Below are positions 23,101-38,100 of a stretch of 64,000 bases of DNA, one piece after another. A model generated the notes under the pieces. The model made no database searches. It saw only the letters and a program-made list of their open reading frames with translations, and was not told the DNA's origin. Each line of letters opens with the position of its first letter. The stretch's first letter is position 1. The position numbers were made by a program, and so were the translations under genes. Source of the DNA: Carcharhinus amblyrhynchos (taxonomy: Eukaryota); the NCBI GenBank assembly GCA_965287045.1, contig OZ336880.1:40858001-40922000 (forward strand), read 5' to 3'.

Positions 23101-26100
23101 GTGAAGTTTAAGACTGTGGTGAATGGAACACCTCCAATGTCAATGAAGTGGTTCAAGGGTGATACAGAGCTTGTGACTGGTGGCACCTGCTTCATTATGA
23201 AGGATATTTCTACAACTTACCTTGAATTATTTTCAGTGAAATCTTCTGACAAGGGTGATTACATTTGTGAAATCAGCAATGATGCTGGAACAATTTCCTG
23301 CACCACAAGCCTCTCTGTAAAAGGTGACTTTTAAAATTTTCTTGTCTCTTTAGTTGTGTTTAGTTTTCTTAATATTTTCTTTGTTCTTTCTATTAAAATG
23401 TCACTAACATTGTCACGTATTCTCTTATTAATAGAAGAAATTGAAGTTATCATCTTTGAAGGACAGTAAACGTTTTTATCTTCTTGTCTTCATGCATCAA
23501 TTTCTTTTAAATTCATTCTTTATAACATCTTGATCTTTATAGAACCACCAGTGTTTTTACGGAAACTAGAATCATCACAATTACTGAAAGTTGGTGATTC
23601 AACTCGGTTTGAATGTGAAGTGGCTGGCACACCTAAAATTAATGTTACTTGGTACAGGGAAGACATGCAAATTCTTCCCAGTGAGAAATACAGAATGTCA
23701 TTTGTTAATGGTGTGGCCATTCTTGAAATTCTTGAGAGTGATGTGCGAGACAGTGGAGAATACAGTTGTGAAGCTAAGAATGAAGTCGGTACTGAGAGTT
23801 GCAGTGTCACTGTAACAATTAAAGGTCCGTGAATATATTTTGCTTCTAATTTCACAAATATAGGCTGCATTTACAAGCTATTTCTAACATTTAAAGTTTT
23901 ACATGTAACTGCAAAGTGATATATTTTAGATTGAATTTATTATTTGTTCCTTTTAGAACCTCCATCTTTCATGAAAAAACTTGAATCTCTTAAGGCGCTC
24001 AAAGCCTCTGACATCATTCTTGAGTGTGAAGTGGCTGGCACAGCCCCATATGATGTTTCTTGGTATAAGGACAATAAGCAAATTAGGCCTAGCAAGAAGT
24101 ACAAGGCAATCAATAAAAACTCGTTAGTTAGTCTACATGTTCTTAAATTTGATACAATAGACGTTGGTGAATATCAATGCACGGTATCAAATGAAGTGGG
24201 AGAATGTTCCTGCAGCTCTGCAGTGACTTTGAAAGGTCAGTAAAAAAAAAACAAACCTTTCTTTTCCATTAAATTACAATCCAGTCTTTTTCCACACTAA
24301 TTGTCAAATGATTTTACAATGATTACTCAGCAGCATCCCATATTCATAATGTTTCATTTTAAAAACAGAACCTCCATCATTTGTTAAGAAGATTGAAAAT
24401 ATTACGGCACTTTTTGGAACTACTGCCATGTTTCAATGCATTGTGAAAGGTGCAAGCCCAATTTCTATAACCTGGCAAAAAGATAACGATGATGTGACAG
24501 AAGATGATAACACTAAAATATCTTTCGAAAATGACACAGCCACACTGACAATTGATTCTGTTGCAAGTCATCATGGTGGGAAGTTCATTTGTCAGGCAAA
24601 GAATGAAGCAGGAATCACAAAATGTATTGCAAATTTGCTAGTGAAAGGTTGGTTTAAAAATGATTGTGCATTGGAACTTCTTAAAAACTTGACTATTTTA
24701 ATAATTGCATAAGGGCTGCCTTAAGGCAGCTGAATCCAGTAGTGTACAGTGCATGCTGAAATGTTTGGTCCACAAAAAAAGTCTTTAGGAAAATTAGGGA
24801 TCAGAAATAACTGGAAAAATGATGACGACCTGGCACCCTCCATTATCACTGTGTATAAAGCTCAGCAACTTGTGGCAAGAAAGAGGTATGCCTTTAGCAA
24901 ATTGGCATAAATTGTTGGATGATCTGCTCCTCCATTGGCCTCGTCAAAGTGGGAGCTTGCTGTCACTCGCCATGAGTGACAAAAAATTGGTGGATTTGCA
25001 CCGCATGCATAAATTAGTCTTAAAATGCACACTTTGGGTTTGGATGTTGTCAATGATGTGATTAATGATCCTGAATTGAAACCTCAGTCTTTAATGCCCA
25101 GAAAGTGCTCAATTGAAATGATCAAATCTTGCTTGAGGTGGCTGATTATTCTTAGAGATTTTTTTTAAATGCTAAATTATATCTTTCCTCACTTTTGCTT
25201 TTGCTGTTTTTTTCTCAATCTGTCTCCTGGTCCAATTTTATTTTGCGTCTTTTTCTATTTTTGTTTCTAATTCAGTTCTATTTCATCCTAGTTCCCTCTG
25301 CGCCATTGTTTTGTTTCCTTATCTATTCCTAAATTTAATTTAATGAAGCAGGCCATTAAAGATGGACATCCTATACAATTATCAGTTTGCATTTCCAGCA
25401 ATTTATCATGCAAAAATGTGAAGAGTATGTAAAAAACCAAATTTGCGGCAAATGCTTCGCATTGTGCCTTTCCAGCAATTTCTGAACAATTCTCCATTGA
25501 GTAGAGAAAATGGAATAAGAATATAATGCAACAATATCTGGAATCATGAAAATAACTGATTAAGTTAATATGAAGTTGATATAATTGAAGCAGAACGGTG
25601 GTCAAAAGAAAAAAATAGCTGAAAGAAATTCGACATGAATGTAAACCCACAAAATTGTCAATGCATGCCATTAATTAATGTTAAATGAGAAATTGGACAG
25701 TTGCACAAGCAGAATTTTCCATGACTTGAGAAAGGCATTTTCGAGTAGTATGATTTTTTTACAAGGTGTACTTGTGGAATTATGTGCATGGTTTAGCTGT
25801 AGCTTCAATAGTTTGGCTCAGTGAAAATAAAATTACGAAGGTCAAAATGGCCTATTCATGCTTCTTACATTCTTATCTTCTAACTTTTCTTTGTCATAGA
25901 ACCTGCAAATATTATAGAGAAAGCAGAATCAATTAGTGTAACTGTAGGAGAGCCAGCAACACTGGACTGCATTTTTACAGGAACACCAGAAGTGAAAGCC
26001 AGATGGTTTAAAAATGGCGCAGAGTTGGTGACTGGTAGAAAATATAAAATCAGTCTTACTAATAAGGTTACAAGTTTGAAGATTCGGACTACTGAGAAGG

Positions 26101-29100
26101 AGGATAGTGGTGAATATACTTGTGAGGTTGCAAATGATGTTGGTAGCAGCAGTTGCAAAGCTTCTATAACAGTATTGGGTTAGTATTTTTGCTTTTCCAT
26201 TTTGTTGCATTTACCATAAGTTTAAAAAGAACAGCTGATATTTTGAAAGAGATTATAGCTTTTCCTTTCCTACTATGTGTTGGACAGATCGCATAGTTCC
26301 ACCATCGTTTAAAAGAAACTTAAAAAATATGGATGGCATCAAAACATCCTTTATTAAGATGGAATGCACGATCTCTGGCTCTCTTCCAATGGATGTGCTC
26401 TGGTATAAGAACAATCAAGAAATATCAGCTAATGAAAAATATAAATTTTCTTATCACGATAACTTGGCACAGTTGGAGATTCATCATCTAGAGTTGACAG
26501 ATAGTGGAACTTACATTTGCAGAGCAACAAATGACGCTGGAACTGATGAAAGTAGCGGTGCCTTAACTGTGAAAGGTTGGAAATCTTGTCTTCAATCTCT
26601 TAAATGCTTACATGAATTAATTAGTTCACCTAGGATTTAGTTATCACAAACATCAGTTATTATGCAATTATTATTTGCTCTATTAAAAAACATGTTGAGT
26701 GTACCATAGGTTATACTTACATAGTTTTGTGATATTTTGCCATATCTTTTCAAAGTTTCTATTTCCCATGTATTTTCTTGCCATTATGACTGCAATTTTC
26801 CTTTGGTAATTTTAGAGCCTCCATATTTTACTGTGAAACCATTGTCCCAGAATGTTTTGCCTGGTTCCAAAGTGCAGTTTAGGAGCGTTATGAGTGGGAC
26901 ACCTCCAATGGCAATAAAATGGCTTAAAGACAATAAGGAGTTAACGTCTAGCAACTCACGTTACATTTCAAAAGAAGGCTCATCAAGTTTGCTACAACTG
27001 CATTCAGCTGAAGTTTCTGATACTGGTGACTACGTTTGTCAAGTCAGCAATGAAGTTGGCACAGAATCGTGCACTGCTCGTCTTTTTGTCAAAGGTGTGA
27101 ATTATCTTCATGTTTCTGCACGTCATTTTACAAAGTTTATTGTCTTTCTTTAAAACATTATGGGGGGAATCATCCGGCCTCCCAGTGTGTGTTTCTTGGT
27201 GGTGGGGTGTGCAGTTCGCTGGTGGCGCAATTCACTGGTGATGCAATTCTCTGGTCCTGCTGCGGACAATGGGATTTCCCATTGATGTCACCCCATGTCG
27301 CCGCGGGAGGGGGTGCACTGCCAGCTGGACTAGAAAATCCCACGAGCATGCAAAGCTGGGAATGTCCCCCTATTTATAATCTTTATTTGAAAACTCTTTT
27401 TCTCTTTAGTTTTATTTGTGTACCTGTTGTAAGCCTATCTTTATAAGTTCAACCTGAATGTTCCTTCAATACTGTTGCATTCGATTTATTTCTCTGTGCA
27501 GTGAAAACTGTGATCTTACATTGTTTCCAGAGGTTTTGTCTTTTATGCCATGAATTGAGATTAGATCACAATGATTTGTGTTTAGAATTTAGCTGTTTAA
27601 GTATATATGAGAAACATTGTGGCCAAATTAAGGCACATCAGCCCATCAAGCCTGCTCTGCTATTGAATAAGATAATGGCTGATCTGATTATGACCTGAAC
27701 TCCAATTTCCTGCCTGGACCCCCTTTAAATCATAATTCTGTTTAATCTTGCCTTGAATATAATCAGTGACCCAATCTCAACTGATGTCTGTGGGAGAGAA
27801 TTCCTGATGGCACAGTGGTTAGCACTGCTGCCTCACAGTACCAGTGGCCTGGGGTTCGATTCTTGGCTTTGGGTCATTGTCTGTGAGGAGATGACACTTT
27901 CTCCTTGTGTCTGCATGGGTTTCCTCCGTGTACTCTGATTTTTCTCCCACAGTCTGAAATTGATAGGTTTAGAATCCTAAAATTTTATTCTGAACCCAAT
28001 GATGGGTGTTCCTGCACCAGGAGAAGAGTGTGGTGATTCAAGATGGCCTCCAGCACCATCTGAAAGCCAGATGGTTAGGTTCATTGGCCATGCTAAATTC
28101 TCACTGAATGTACCCAAACAGACACCAGAGTGTGATGATTCGGTGATTTTCATTGTAATTTAGTTGCATTGCTAACATAAGCCTACTTGTGACACTAATA
28201 AATGAAAAAGAATTAAAACGCCTGAGAGAAAAATTTTTCCTCATTTCAAGCTTAAATGGAGACCCTTTATTTTTAAATTGTCATTTTTTTAGATTCCTCC
28301 ATGAGGTGGCACCTTTACTGGCATCTATCAAATGTCTTTTAGGAATCTAAGTACATTACATCTATTGGTATCTCTTTAGCCATTGTATTGTTACATTCTG
28401 TTGAGACTTATGAAATATCTCCTTAAAAGCCTGCTGCTGCTTTTCTTTCGTCTTACTTTTTAACCTTTTCACAACTCCACCTAAGGCAACTCTGTCTTCA
28501 CACCCTTTTCATTACTTAAGTTTAAGATGGTCTTCGTTGTAACTTCATAGTAACTTCATTGCAGTGTTAATGTAAGCCTACTTGTGACACTAATAAATAC
28601 ATTTTAAACTTTAATAAATAAACTTTAAACTTCTAAATTTTAGAACTCTAGTTTCAAACTCACATTTCTAACCCTGAATTGGATATTAAATTATTTTATG
28701 TTATGATCAGCTTCACTGACAGAATGAGGTCATTCATTAATTCCATCTTGTTACACATTACCAGATCTAAAATAACCAGTTCTTTGGTTCCTTCCAGAGC
28801 ACATTGTTCTAAAAGAAACTTTCTAGAACCTATGCACGCACCCTGCAGATCACCTTTGCCAATTTGATTAATCTAATCCACATAAAGGTTGAAATCTCTC
28901 ATGATTATCACAGTGCCTTTCTCATAAGCCCCCTCTATTTCTTGATTTAGAGGCTATAATTCATAATTCTACAATGTATTGGCTGTGAAAGGGCTTAAAA
29001 ACAAATGCAACAGTGACTTATTTCCTTTGCTATTTCTCATCTCCATCCAAACTGATTCTACATCATGATCCTCCCAAACCAAGATCACTTCTCACCACTG

Positions 29101-32100
29101 TACCAATCACATCCTTAATTAACAGAGTCACCTCATTTCATTTTCCTTTCTTCGCTTCTTCCAAAATGTCACACATGCTTGAATATTTGGGTCTCAGCCA
29201 CAATCACTTTGTAACCAGGTCTCTGCAATGACTATTATAGCCTATTCATTTAATTCTAATAGTGCTATGAATTCATCCATCTTGCTGTGAATGCTGAATG
29301 CATTCAAATAAAAAGCCTTCAATTTTGAACTTCTATTACTTTTTCTTACTCTGACCTTATTTGCCTGCGCACTCTTGTGTTTCTCTGCTCTGCCCCTTCC
29401 TGCCACTCTCTGGTATTCGTCATCTGTCCATTCTCATTAATTTTCCAAACTTCCCCCCCCATGTGCTCTTCTTCCCCTTCCCCCAATATTTAGTTTAAAA
29501 TCCTTTCTGCAGCTTTATTATAGGATTCACTAGAGCACTGGTTCCAGGTGCAGGTTGTTACAACAATACAAAGTACCTAACAAGCCATGAATTGGAACAC
29601 ATTTACCCCACACCAATATTTGAGCAATACATTCAACTCTCTGATCTATTCACACAAATTTGTTTGTGGTGAAGGGGATAACCTAGAAACTTTTACTTCT
29701 GCGGATCTGCTTTTTAATGTAGCTCCAAGCTGCTCATACTCACCGAGCAGAATCTGTTTCTTTGTCCCACCAATGTCTACCATGTGGATCATGACAACTG
29801 CGTCCCTCCCCTCCAACTCAAGTTGCTCGTCAACTCCAAAAAGCTGCCCTTAACTTTCATTTTTGCTTAGAAAAAGTGGTTGCATGAAGCCCTATTCTCC
29901 TTTTGTGCTGTTGTCAAATGTGAGTACATTTTCTGCAATCAGGAATAAGTTGCATGACAATTGTACTTTGTGGCAAGTTCCTCTAAAACAACCAGCAATT
30001 ATAGCTGTGGGGTGGAAGAAGAAAAAAATGTAAGTGAATATTAAATCAGTGGAAATTTTTACAACCGGGGGGAGGAGAAGTGAGCTTTATTCAACCTCCT
30101 CAGATAGTTGCAATAAGTGTTTTTAAAAAATTATCCCCCTGGATGTTTTTTCCAATCCAAATGTACTTATTTCTTATTAAGGAGCCAAAGAAACAATAAG
30201 GGCAAAATCCTCCCTTTTTGAGACAAAGTGCTGTGGTGAGGGTGGAAACAATAAGCGTTTCCCGCTGTGGCAGCCAATGGGAAACATACCAGATCTTCCG
30301 GCCCCGACCTTATTAATTATGCACCTGGGTGTTTCATGCTGCTCTTGTTTATTAAATAATAAAATACATAATGATACACATAGCATCAGAAGTAAGAAAA
30401 GTTAGAGTCAAAATAGAAGTTACAGAAATATATGATTGTTATTTGTTTGTCCATGAGATGTAGGTATGCAGCTATTTGAAGTTAGGTGGTTTCTGGTAGA
30501 ATTCTGGAGTTGACTTTATTCAGGATTGCATGCTGTCAAAGACACCCTGGCTTGGTTCAGGTCTGCACTTTGTTGAAGACTCCCTTTTAATTTCAGAGTG
30601 AGTGATGTTTCCTCCTTGAGACGTGTACTTACAGACTTTGGGAGGTTGAATTGAATCAAAGTACACGTTCACAATTTAACCCCATTTTAAAGCCAAATAA
30701 ATTCTTCCCTTTTATATTCTCACTTTAAGTTCCTGTGCTTGCATTTATAGTGTAAACTTTCTATGAAACTTCCCCTCATTAACCCCTTCTATTTCAGCCC
30801 TTTTCTCTCTTTCAATTTTTATCTCTCAACCTTTTTCTTATCCATGTCTTCTCAAGCCCTTCTTTCTCACTTGTTTCCCTCTCTTATCCCAACTTTCTCT
30901 GAATTAGTGGATGGGATTTTCCACGCAACCTGCTATGTGTTTCATGGCAGCGGAGTGGCCTGCCATTGGCCAGCGCTCCTTTCCACAGCGAAACCTGTGG
31001 TGGGAGTATGATGTTGGTAGGACCGTAAGATCACATTGCCATAACCATACAGAAAGCTCCAGCCCTAGGCTTTCCTAGTGCTCCTCTCCTCCTCACCCCC
31101 CGAATTTCATACATCATTGGCAAACCATTTAATATGCACGTGGCTGGGATTCACAAACGTAAATCTGGCTGTATCCTGGAACCTGTTTCTCAAATGAAGT
31201 GGAGAATTGGTTAAATGTAATTTAAAAGACTCAATTTATTTTTAAAACAAAACATTTTTAACTTTAAGACTTTTGAGTTAGTTTTTGCTCTGTTTATGAA
31301 AATTGCTCACATTTGAATGAGCATGAATTTTCTGATGTTGCTCCAAAATGACAATGATCCGCAACATGATAGTTATGTGATGATTTGTCAACATGTAATC
31401 TTCCAAGAAAATTGTGGAAATGTTTGGAGAATTGTAACGCACGCCATTTAAAGTAAGGTTGATTGGAAATCAAAACCAATCAATTGTTTTCATCATAGTA
31501 TATTTCTGATTATTTGGAGATCATTCTGATTATCATCAATTTTTATTTCACACATCCATTACCTTCAGTTGTGTGCACTTAAAATCTTTGGCTTTCTTTT
31601 CATTCGATTCAATAAATGTTACATTTTATAGAGCCTCCAAAGTTCATTAAGAAGCCAGATCGTAACGTAACGTTGAGAAATGGAGCTTCAACAAGTCTTG
31701 AGTGTACACTAACTGGCTCGCCTGAAATCAAAGTTACCTGGTGCAAAAAGGAAAGTGAAATTCAGCCCAGTGACAACATTAGGATGTCATTTGTTGATTC
31801 TAAATCGATCCTTGAGTTGATTGATGTCAGTGTTGAAGACAGTGGACTTTACAGTTGTAAAGCAGAGAATGAAGCAGGTTTTGACATTTGCAATGTGATG
31901 GTTGCAGTTAAAGGTGTGTAGTCATAAAACACATTGAAACCAAATTTGACCTTTTTCAAAAAGTGCTTCCAGCCTGGTGAGGTTCTAAATTGTTTTGCTT
32001 TGCTTGGTCTTTTTTTATAGAACCACCTTCTTTTAAAAAGAAACTCGAACCTGGTGAGGTAGTCAAAGGCAACGATAGCCATCTTGAATGTGAAGTGGCT

Positions 32101-35100
32101 GGTACAGGTCCATTTGATGTTGTTTGGTATAAGGACAATAAGCAAATCCGACCTAGTATAAAATTCAAGATGTTCATTGGAAAATCTTTATTTAGTCTTT
32201 CTATTCAAAAATTTGATAACTCGGATGTTGGTGAATACCAGTGTGAAGTGAAAAATGAAGTGGGAAGTTGTTCTTGCGTTACTGGAGTCAAATTGAAAGG
32301 TCAGTTATCAAGTACTGATCATTTTCTTTTTAGGCATTTTCAATACTTCTATTTTGCAATTCATTCTTTTTTTCAGCTTTAGCATAAATGAATGTCAAGT
32401 GTCTGATTTTATAACTAATTCATAAAACTCTTAACTTTATATCAGAACCCCCTTCCTTTGTGAAAAAGATTGAAAACATCACAACATTATCTGGAAGTGT
32501 CGCCACTTTTAGCAGCCAAATAGAAGGCTCAGCTCTCATATTTGTTACATGGATGAAGGACAAGGATGAAATCAGAGAAGATGATTATATTAAAATATCT
32601 TTTGAGAATGGTATTGCTACACTGCAAATTGCTTCTGTTGGAGCAAATCACAGTGGAAAGTATACATGTCAAGCCATGAATGATGCAGGAACAGATAAGT
32701 GTTTTGCCACTTTGTTAGTAACAGGTTAGTATGAGTGACACAACAATTCTGAATTTCAGTAAAGTGTCACGTATGGAAACAACTTCTTACTTCACCAATT
32801 GAGGAAGTATGATTTTTCTTGCAGAATCTGCACAAATCATAGAGAAGCCACAGCCATTAAATGTCACTTCAGGAACTACAGCAATTTTAGAATGCATTGT
32901 TGCTGGTACTCCAGAACTAAAAGTAAGATGGTTCAAGAATAAAGCTGAATTGATATCCAGTAGGAAATGTAAAATGACATTTGTGAACAAGGTGGCAATC
33001 CTAAGGGTTCTGTCTGTTACTAAAGAAGACAGCGGGGAATATGATTTTGAAGTCCAGAATGAGTTTGGAAGCAGCAGCTGCACAACTTCATTGACAGTAC
33101 TAGGTTGGTGTTTCTTTTGTTCGAGCATGTCAAAAAAGAAACATAGAACAAAGAACTCAGTACGATTTTAGAATACTTTGCATGAGAAAGTTATATTTTA
33201 AATGTACTGAAAACATTTTGTCCTTCTAAATATGTGCAGTTCGTTTTAGACAACATCTTAGTCACATCTTCAAGTTAATGTAATAATTGGCTTCATGGTT
33301 TGAGCAACTAATTAAATATTACAGCATCTATTAGTAAAACATGTCAAAATTTTAAGGGTAAATTTGAACTAGTGGGCACATTGTTGTTTCAGTGAGGGGA
33401 CCAGCCATCCGATTCCTCAGGCAGGAGGCTCAGTCTATAACCCATTTTAAGTGCTAGGCTTCATTATTATGACTAGGCTGCCTGCTCTCAACAGGTGTTC
33501 TTCTGCATCTTGCTGGTTGAGGACCAGTATACTATTGGGTATATCTACAGGCTTATCCAACTGGCAAAACGGTAGATCCAGAGAGAAGTTAATAATCATG
33601 GGGTTGGATTACATAGATCCCAGGCTGACAGTGTCCCACATTATTATTGTTGAACTTAGAAGAGCACTTCAGTTCTACTGATACTACAGCCCCATCTGCT
33701 GCACGACTCATAGTAATGGTGCAGAGCATGTACATCACACTTCCTATCCAGTAGCCTGTAAGATGACTTCAAAGTTCCAAGTGTATCATCAGGTCACAGT
33801 CTGCATAAATTAATGGCTGGCCTGCTTGGTTTGGGTGTGCGCATCAGATACCTTGTAACGGCCTACAGAAAAATTGGAAGTGGAACAGGAACAAGGCAGG
33901 AAGTCCACCACCTCTATTTTAACTCCATTACCTCCTGTTTCCACCAGATGGAATGAGTATGCAGCTCCCCTTTGATATTCTAGCAGACAAGCCATTTTTA
34001 TTATTCTTTATTGGACAGATCGAATAATTGCTCCATCCTTCACAAGAAGTTTGAAGAAAATGGATAGCATCTTGGGCACATTGATGCACATGGAGTGTAA
34101 AGTGTCTGGTTCTTTACCAATAAGCGTTTCTTGGTATAAAGACAACAAAGAAATAGTGACTGGCAATAAATATAAAATATCATTTGAAGAAAACACAGCA
34201 CTTTTGGAGATCAAAGAACTTGAAATCACAGATGGTGGAAATTATTCATGCAAAGCAACGAATACTGCTGGGAGCACTGAATGCAGTGGATTCTTAACGG
34301 TGAAAGGTTCGAAAATCTCTTGACTCCAAACAATTTCTATTTCAAGATGCATCAAATGCTGGTTTTCCAGTTATAATATCCATTTTTTCTCTTCTCTTGA
34401 ACATTTAGATAAATTGTGTTTTTCACTTCTTGAAATACTTTAACACATCTTCATTAAAATGCATGGAAGATGTAACTAATATTAAATGTTTTGGCTTTAT
34501 TTTTACTTTATCTGACCTTACCAAACAATATTTTCTTAAATAACTTCTAGAACCACCACATTTTATACAAGAACCAAAGTCCCAAGCAATTGCACTTGGT
34601 TCCACAGTGCAGTTTAAGAGTGTTGTGAAAGGAACTCTTCCATTGGTTGTCAAGTGGTTCAAAGCTAATAGGGAGTTGAAACCTGGTCCAAGATGTTTCA
34701 TTTGGAATGAAGAAACAACACACTTCTTTGAACTAATGTTAGCTAAAACCACTGATGCTGGTGTTTACAGCTGCCATCTCAGCAATGATGCTGGTTCTGT
34801 CACAAAAACTGCCGAAGTTTTTATTGAAGGTTTGCAACTCTTGCCAGTCTTATTGGGAATTAATTTTTAAGTGACATTTTTAAATGTTACATTTCTTTCC
34901 TAGTTATCTTAAAAAAAGAGTAAATTTTATTCTGAGATGATTTTTCTTATATTTAAGAGATGCAAGTTTAGTTTGTAATTCCAGTATTCAGTTTCATTGC
35001 ATTTACTTTTCTCAGAGCCTCCAAGTTTTGTTAAGAAGCCACCTCCTACAACAGCACTGAAACAGGGAGAGCTTGCACATTTTGAGTGCAAAGTAAAGGG

Positions 35101-38100
35101 TACGCCTGAAATCACAATTACCTGGTACAAAAATAACACTGAGATCCATACCGGTGAAAAATACAAGACATCATTTCAAAACACAGTGGCTGTTCTCGAG
35201 ATTGTTGATGCAAGTGTGGAAGATATTGGAGAATATTCCTGTGAAGCACAGAATCAAGCTGGTGATACCAGCTGCAACTTTGTGGTTCAGGTTAAAGGTG
35301 TGTAAAATGTTACCCTAAAGAAGAGTTAATTTTTGGTGTTTAATTGCTTACTAAAGGAGATTGTTATTTTACTCTTCAGAATCTCCAACATTTGTCAAGA
35401 AACTTGAACCTGTTGATGTAGTTAAAGCCTGTGATATTACTCTTGAATGTGAGGTGACTGGTACAGCTCCCTTTGAAGTTCTGTGGTATAAGGACAATAA
35501 GCAAGTTCGACCGAGCAAAAAATACAAAATGACCTTTGAGAATTCTTTAGCCAGTCTTCGCATTCTTAAGTCTGATGCCTCTGATGTTGGTGAATACACA
35601 TGTACAGTAAAAAATGATGTGGGAAGTTGTTCCTGCAGTTCCACAGTCAGTTTGAAAGGTCAGTTATCGCCTATTATAAGAAAATATCTTTTTTTTTATT
35701 TACAGCGCCAGTTATCATTTATTGGAGCATGCTTTGCTCAGTGATTTATACAAACATTTTTTAACATCAAAGTTTTTTAAAATGCTCACTAGAAACAGTT
35801 AAATATATTCATATTACCATTTGTTTTGAACTAGAACCCCCAGGCTTCATAAAGAAGATTGAAAATATCACAACGTTGTCAGGGAATTCTATTGTATTCC
35901 AATGCCTAGTAAGAGGCTCAACACCTATTCATGTAACTTGGATGAAAGACAAAGATGATGTCAAAGAAGATGGTAACATATCATTATCTTTTGAAAATAA
36001 TATTGCTGCTCTTCAAATACATTCTGTTGGAGAAAATCATGCTGGAAAATATACATGTCATGTCAAGAATGATGCAGGAGCTGAGAAATGTTTTGCCACC
36101 TTGTTAGTAGCAGGTCAGTACGACATTAGCTTATTTGTACTTTCCACTTCAAAGTTTTTGCTAATTGCAAGTGCTCTCAAATTCTTTGTTGTGCATCAAC
36201 TAAAATGAGATTCATACAAACAATACATTGAAGAGATGTTTTTCTCCTTCGTAGAACCAGCCAAAATCACAGAACAAGCGCAGTCAATCAGTGTGACTGC
36301 AGGGAATCCAGCAAGCTTGGAATGTACCGTTGTTGGTACACCAGAACTAAAAGTTAAATACTTTAAGGATGGTAATGAAATGGCACCTAGCAGAAAACAC
36401 AAATTCAGCTTTGAGAATAATGTGGTCAGCCTAAAATTTCCTTCTGTTTCCAATGATGATACTGCTGAATATACTTTTGAGGTCAAGAATGAGTTTGGCA
36501 CCAGCACCTGTAAAGCTTCGTTGTCCGTAATAGGTTAGTGCATTATTTATAATAAAAATTTACCAGATAAATATACAGTGTTACTTAAAAGTTTTGTTTG
36601 CAGAGCAGAGAAATACTGATCATAAGGATCATAAACGTATGTAACAATCTTATTGTTGTAACTTTTTTTTATCGACTCCAGTTATGATGGGTGTACACAG
36701 ATTAGTCATTTCAGTATTTAAAACAAGTTTTGTCGCACTTTTACTGTTGAAATCATTATGTCCTATTATAAACAATCACAGTGGATTTTACCAATTTAAT
36801 GCATTTGCAAATATTTACCTTAAGTTGACTGGCTGTGCTTTCGTCACTTTATCTTGGACAGATCAACTAATCCCTCCATTGTTTACAAGAAAGTTACGGA
36901 AAATGGATGCTGTTTTAGGATCTTTCGCACATATGGAGTGCAAAGTTTCTGGTTCACTTCCAATAAGCTTTACATGGTATAAGGATTTCAAAATAATTAC
37001 ATCTGGTCAAAAATACCAAGTGTTATGCCAAGATAACACAACAACATTGCAAGTTAATGAACTAGAATTTTCTGATCACGGAACTTACATTTGCAAAGCG
37101 ACCAATTCAGCGGGAAGTGCTGAATGTAGTGGTATCTTAAAAATAACAGGTTTGAAAAATGAACTTGCTTTATTTCATCTCTTGTCCTAGCTTTTGCATT
37201 TACCTGCAGCAATTAAATTTCTGATTTTTGCCAGATGCCCAGCAGGGAGCTGAATCCTTAAGACCTGCCAGGGGTTGAAGTGGGTATGGACAGGAGTTGA
37301 AAATACCAGTGCTCAAATCCGGTCTGCTTTTGTGGTCCTGATCCTGGCACCGGACATTTGCACCTAATTGTGTTTGGGGCAGTTAAGGCTATCCGTGCTC
37401 ATGAATCGTATAGCCAAGTAGCTTTGTGAAGAGTCTTTCTAAGCACACTTAACTAGATTTAACTGTTCGGAAATTGGATCCATTAGCAAGCTGGATAGGC
37501 AGTTGGAAACCTAGAGGTTTTCCCAATCTGCCTGCGAAGGAACTTCAATTCCACCGCCACCCTTCCAGCCAATTTAGAGGAAACCCCGGTAAGAATCATG
37601 AGTGAATACACCCCCACCCCCGGCTACCAAGGGAAGATTCAGAAAACCCAGCCTATATAAATGCTTAAAATGCAGTTCATAATAAGGGGCAGGTCAGCTA
37701 TTTTATTTTTATTTGAGCTTTATGCAATATAAACATATGCTATAGAGATCCAGTTGTATTATTCTTTTTTCCATCTGAATTTTAGAACCACCAAGTTTTA
37801 TAGAAAAGCCTGTAGCCCAGGAAACTCTACCCGGTTCCACAGTACAGTTTAGAAGTGTTGTGAGAGGAACTGCTCCACTTTCTGTAAAATGGCTGAAGGA
37901 TGGCAGGGAGCTGATTTCTGGTGCTGACTGTTCCATTTTAACTGAAGGTTCAACAAGTTTACTCGAGTTATTTTCAGCTAAAGTGTCTGATTTGGGTGAC
38001 TATACTTGCGAAATCAGCAACAAAGTTGGCAGCGCCACTTGTACAGCAAGACTATTTGTCAAAGGTGTGTATTTTAGGTTCGCTTGTGGAATATTGTTAA

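Larger units (their letters stand above)
27610..29860 (-). mobile_element. Heavily deleted CR1-clade LINE
   Basis: 3' end (cagcccatcaagcctgctctgctattgaataagataatggctgatctg) homologous to 21140-21200; decayed LINE-like sequence follows; 5' boundary approximate. Confidence 0.6.
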
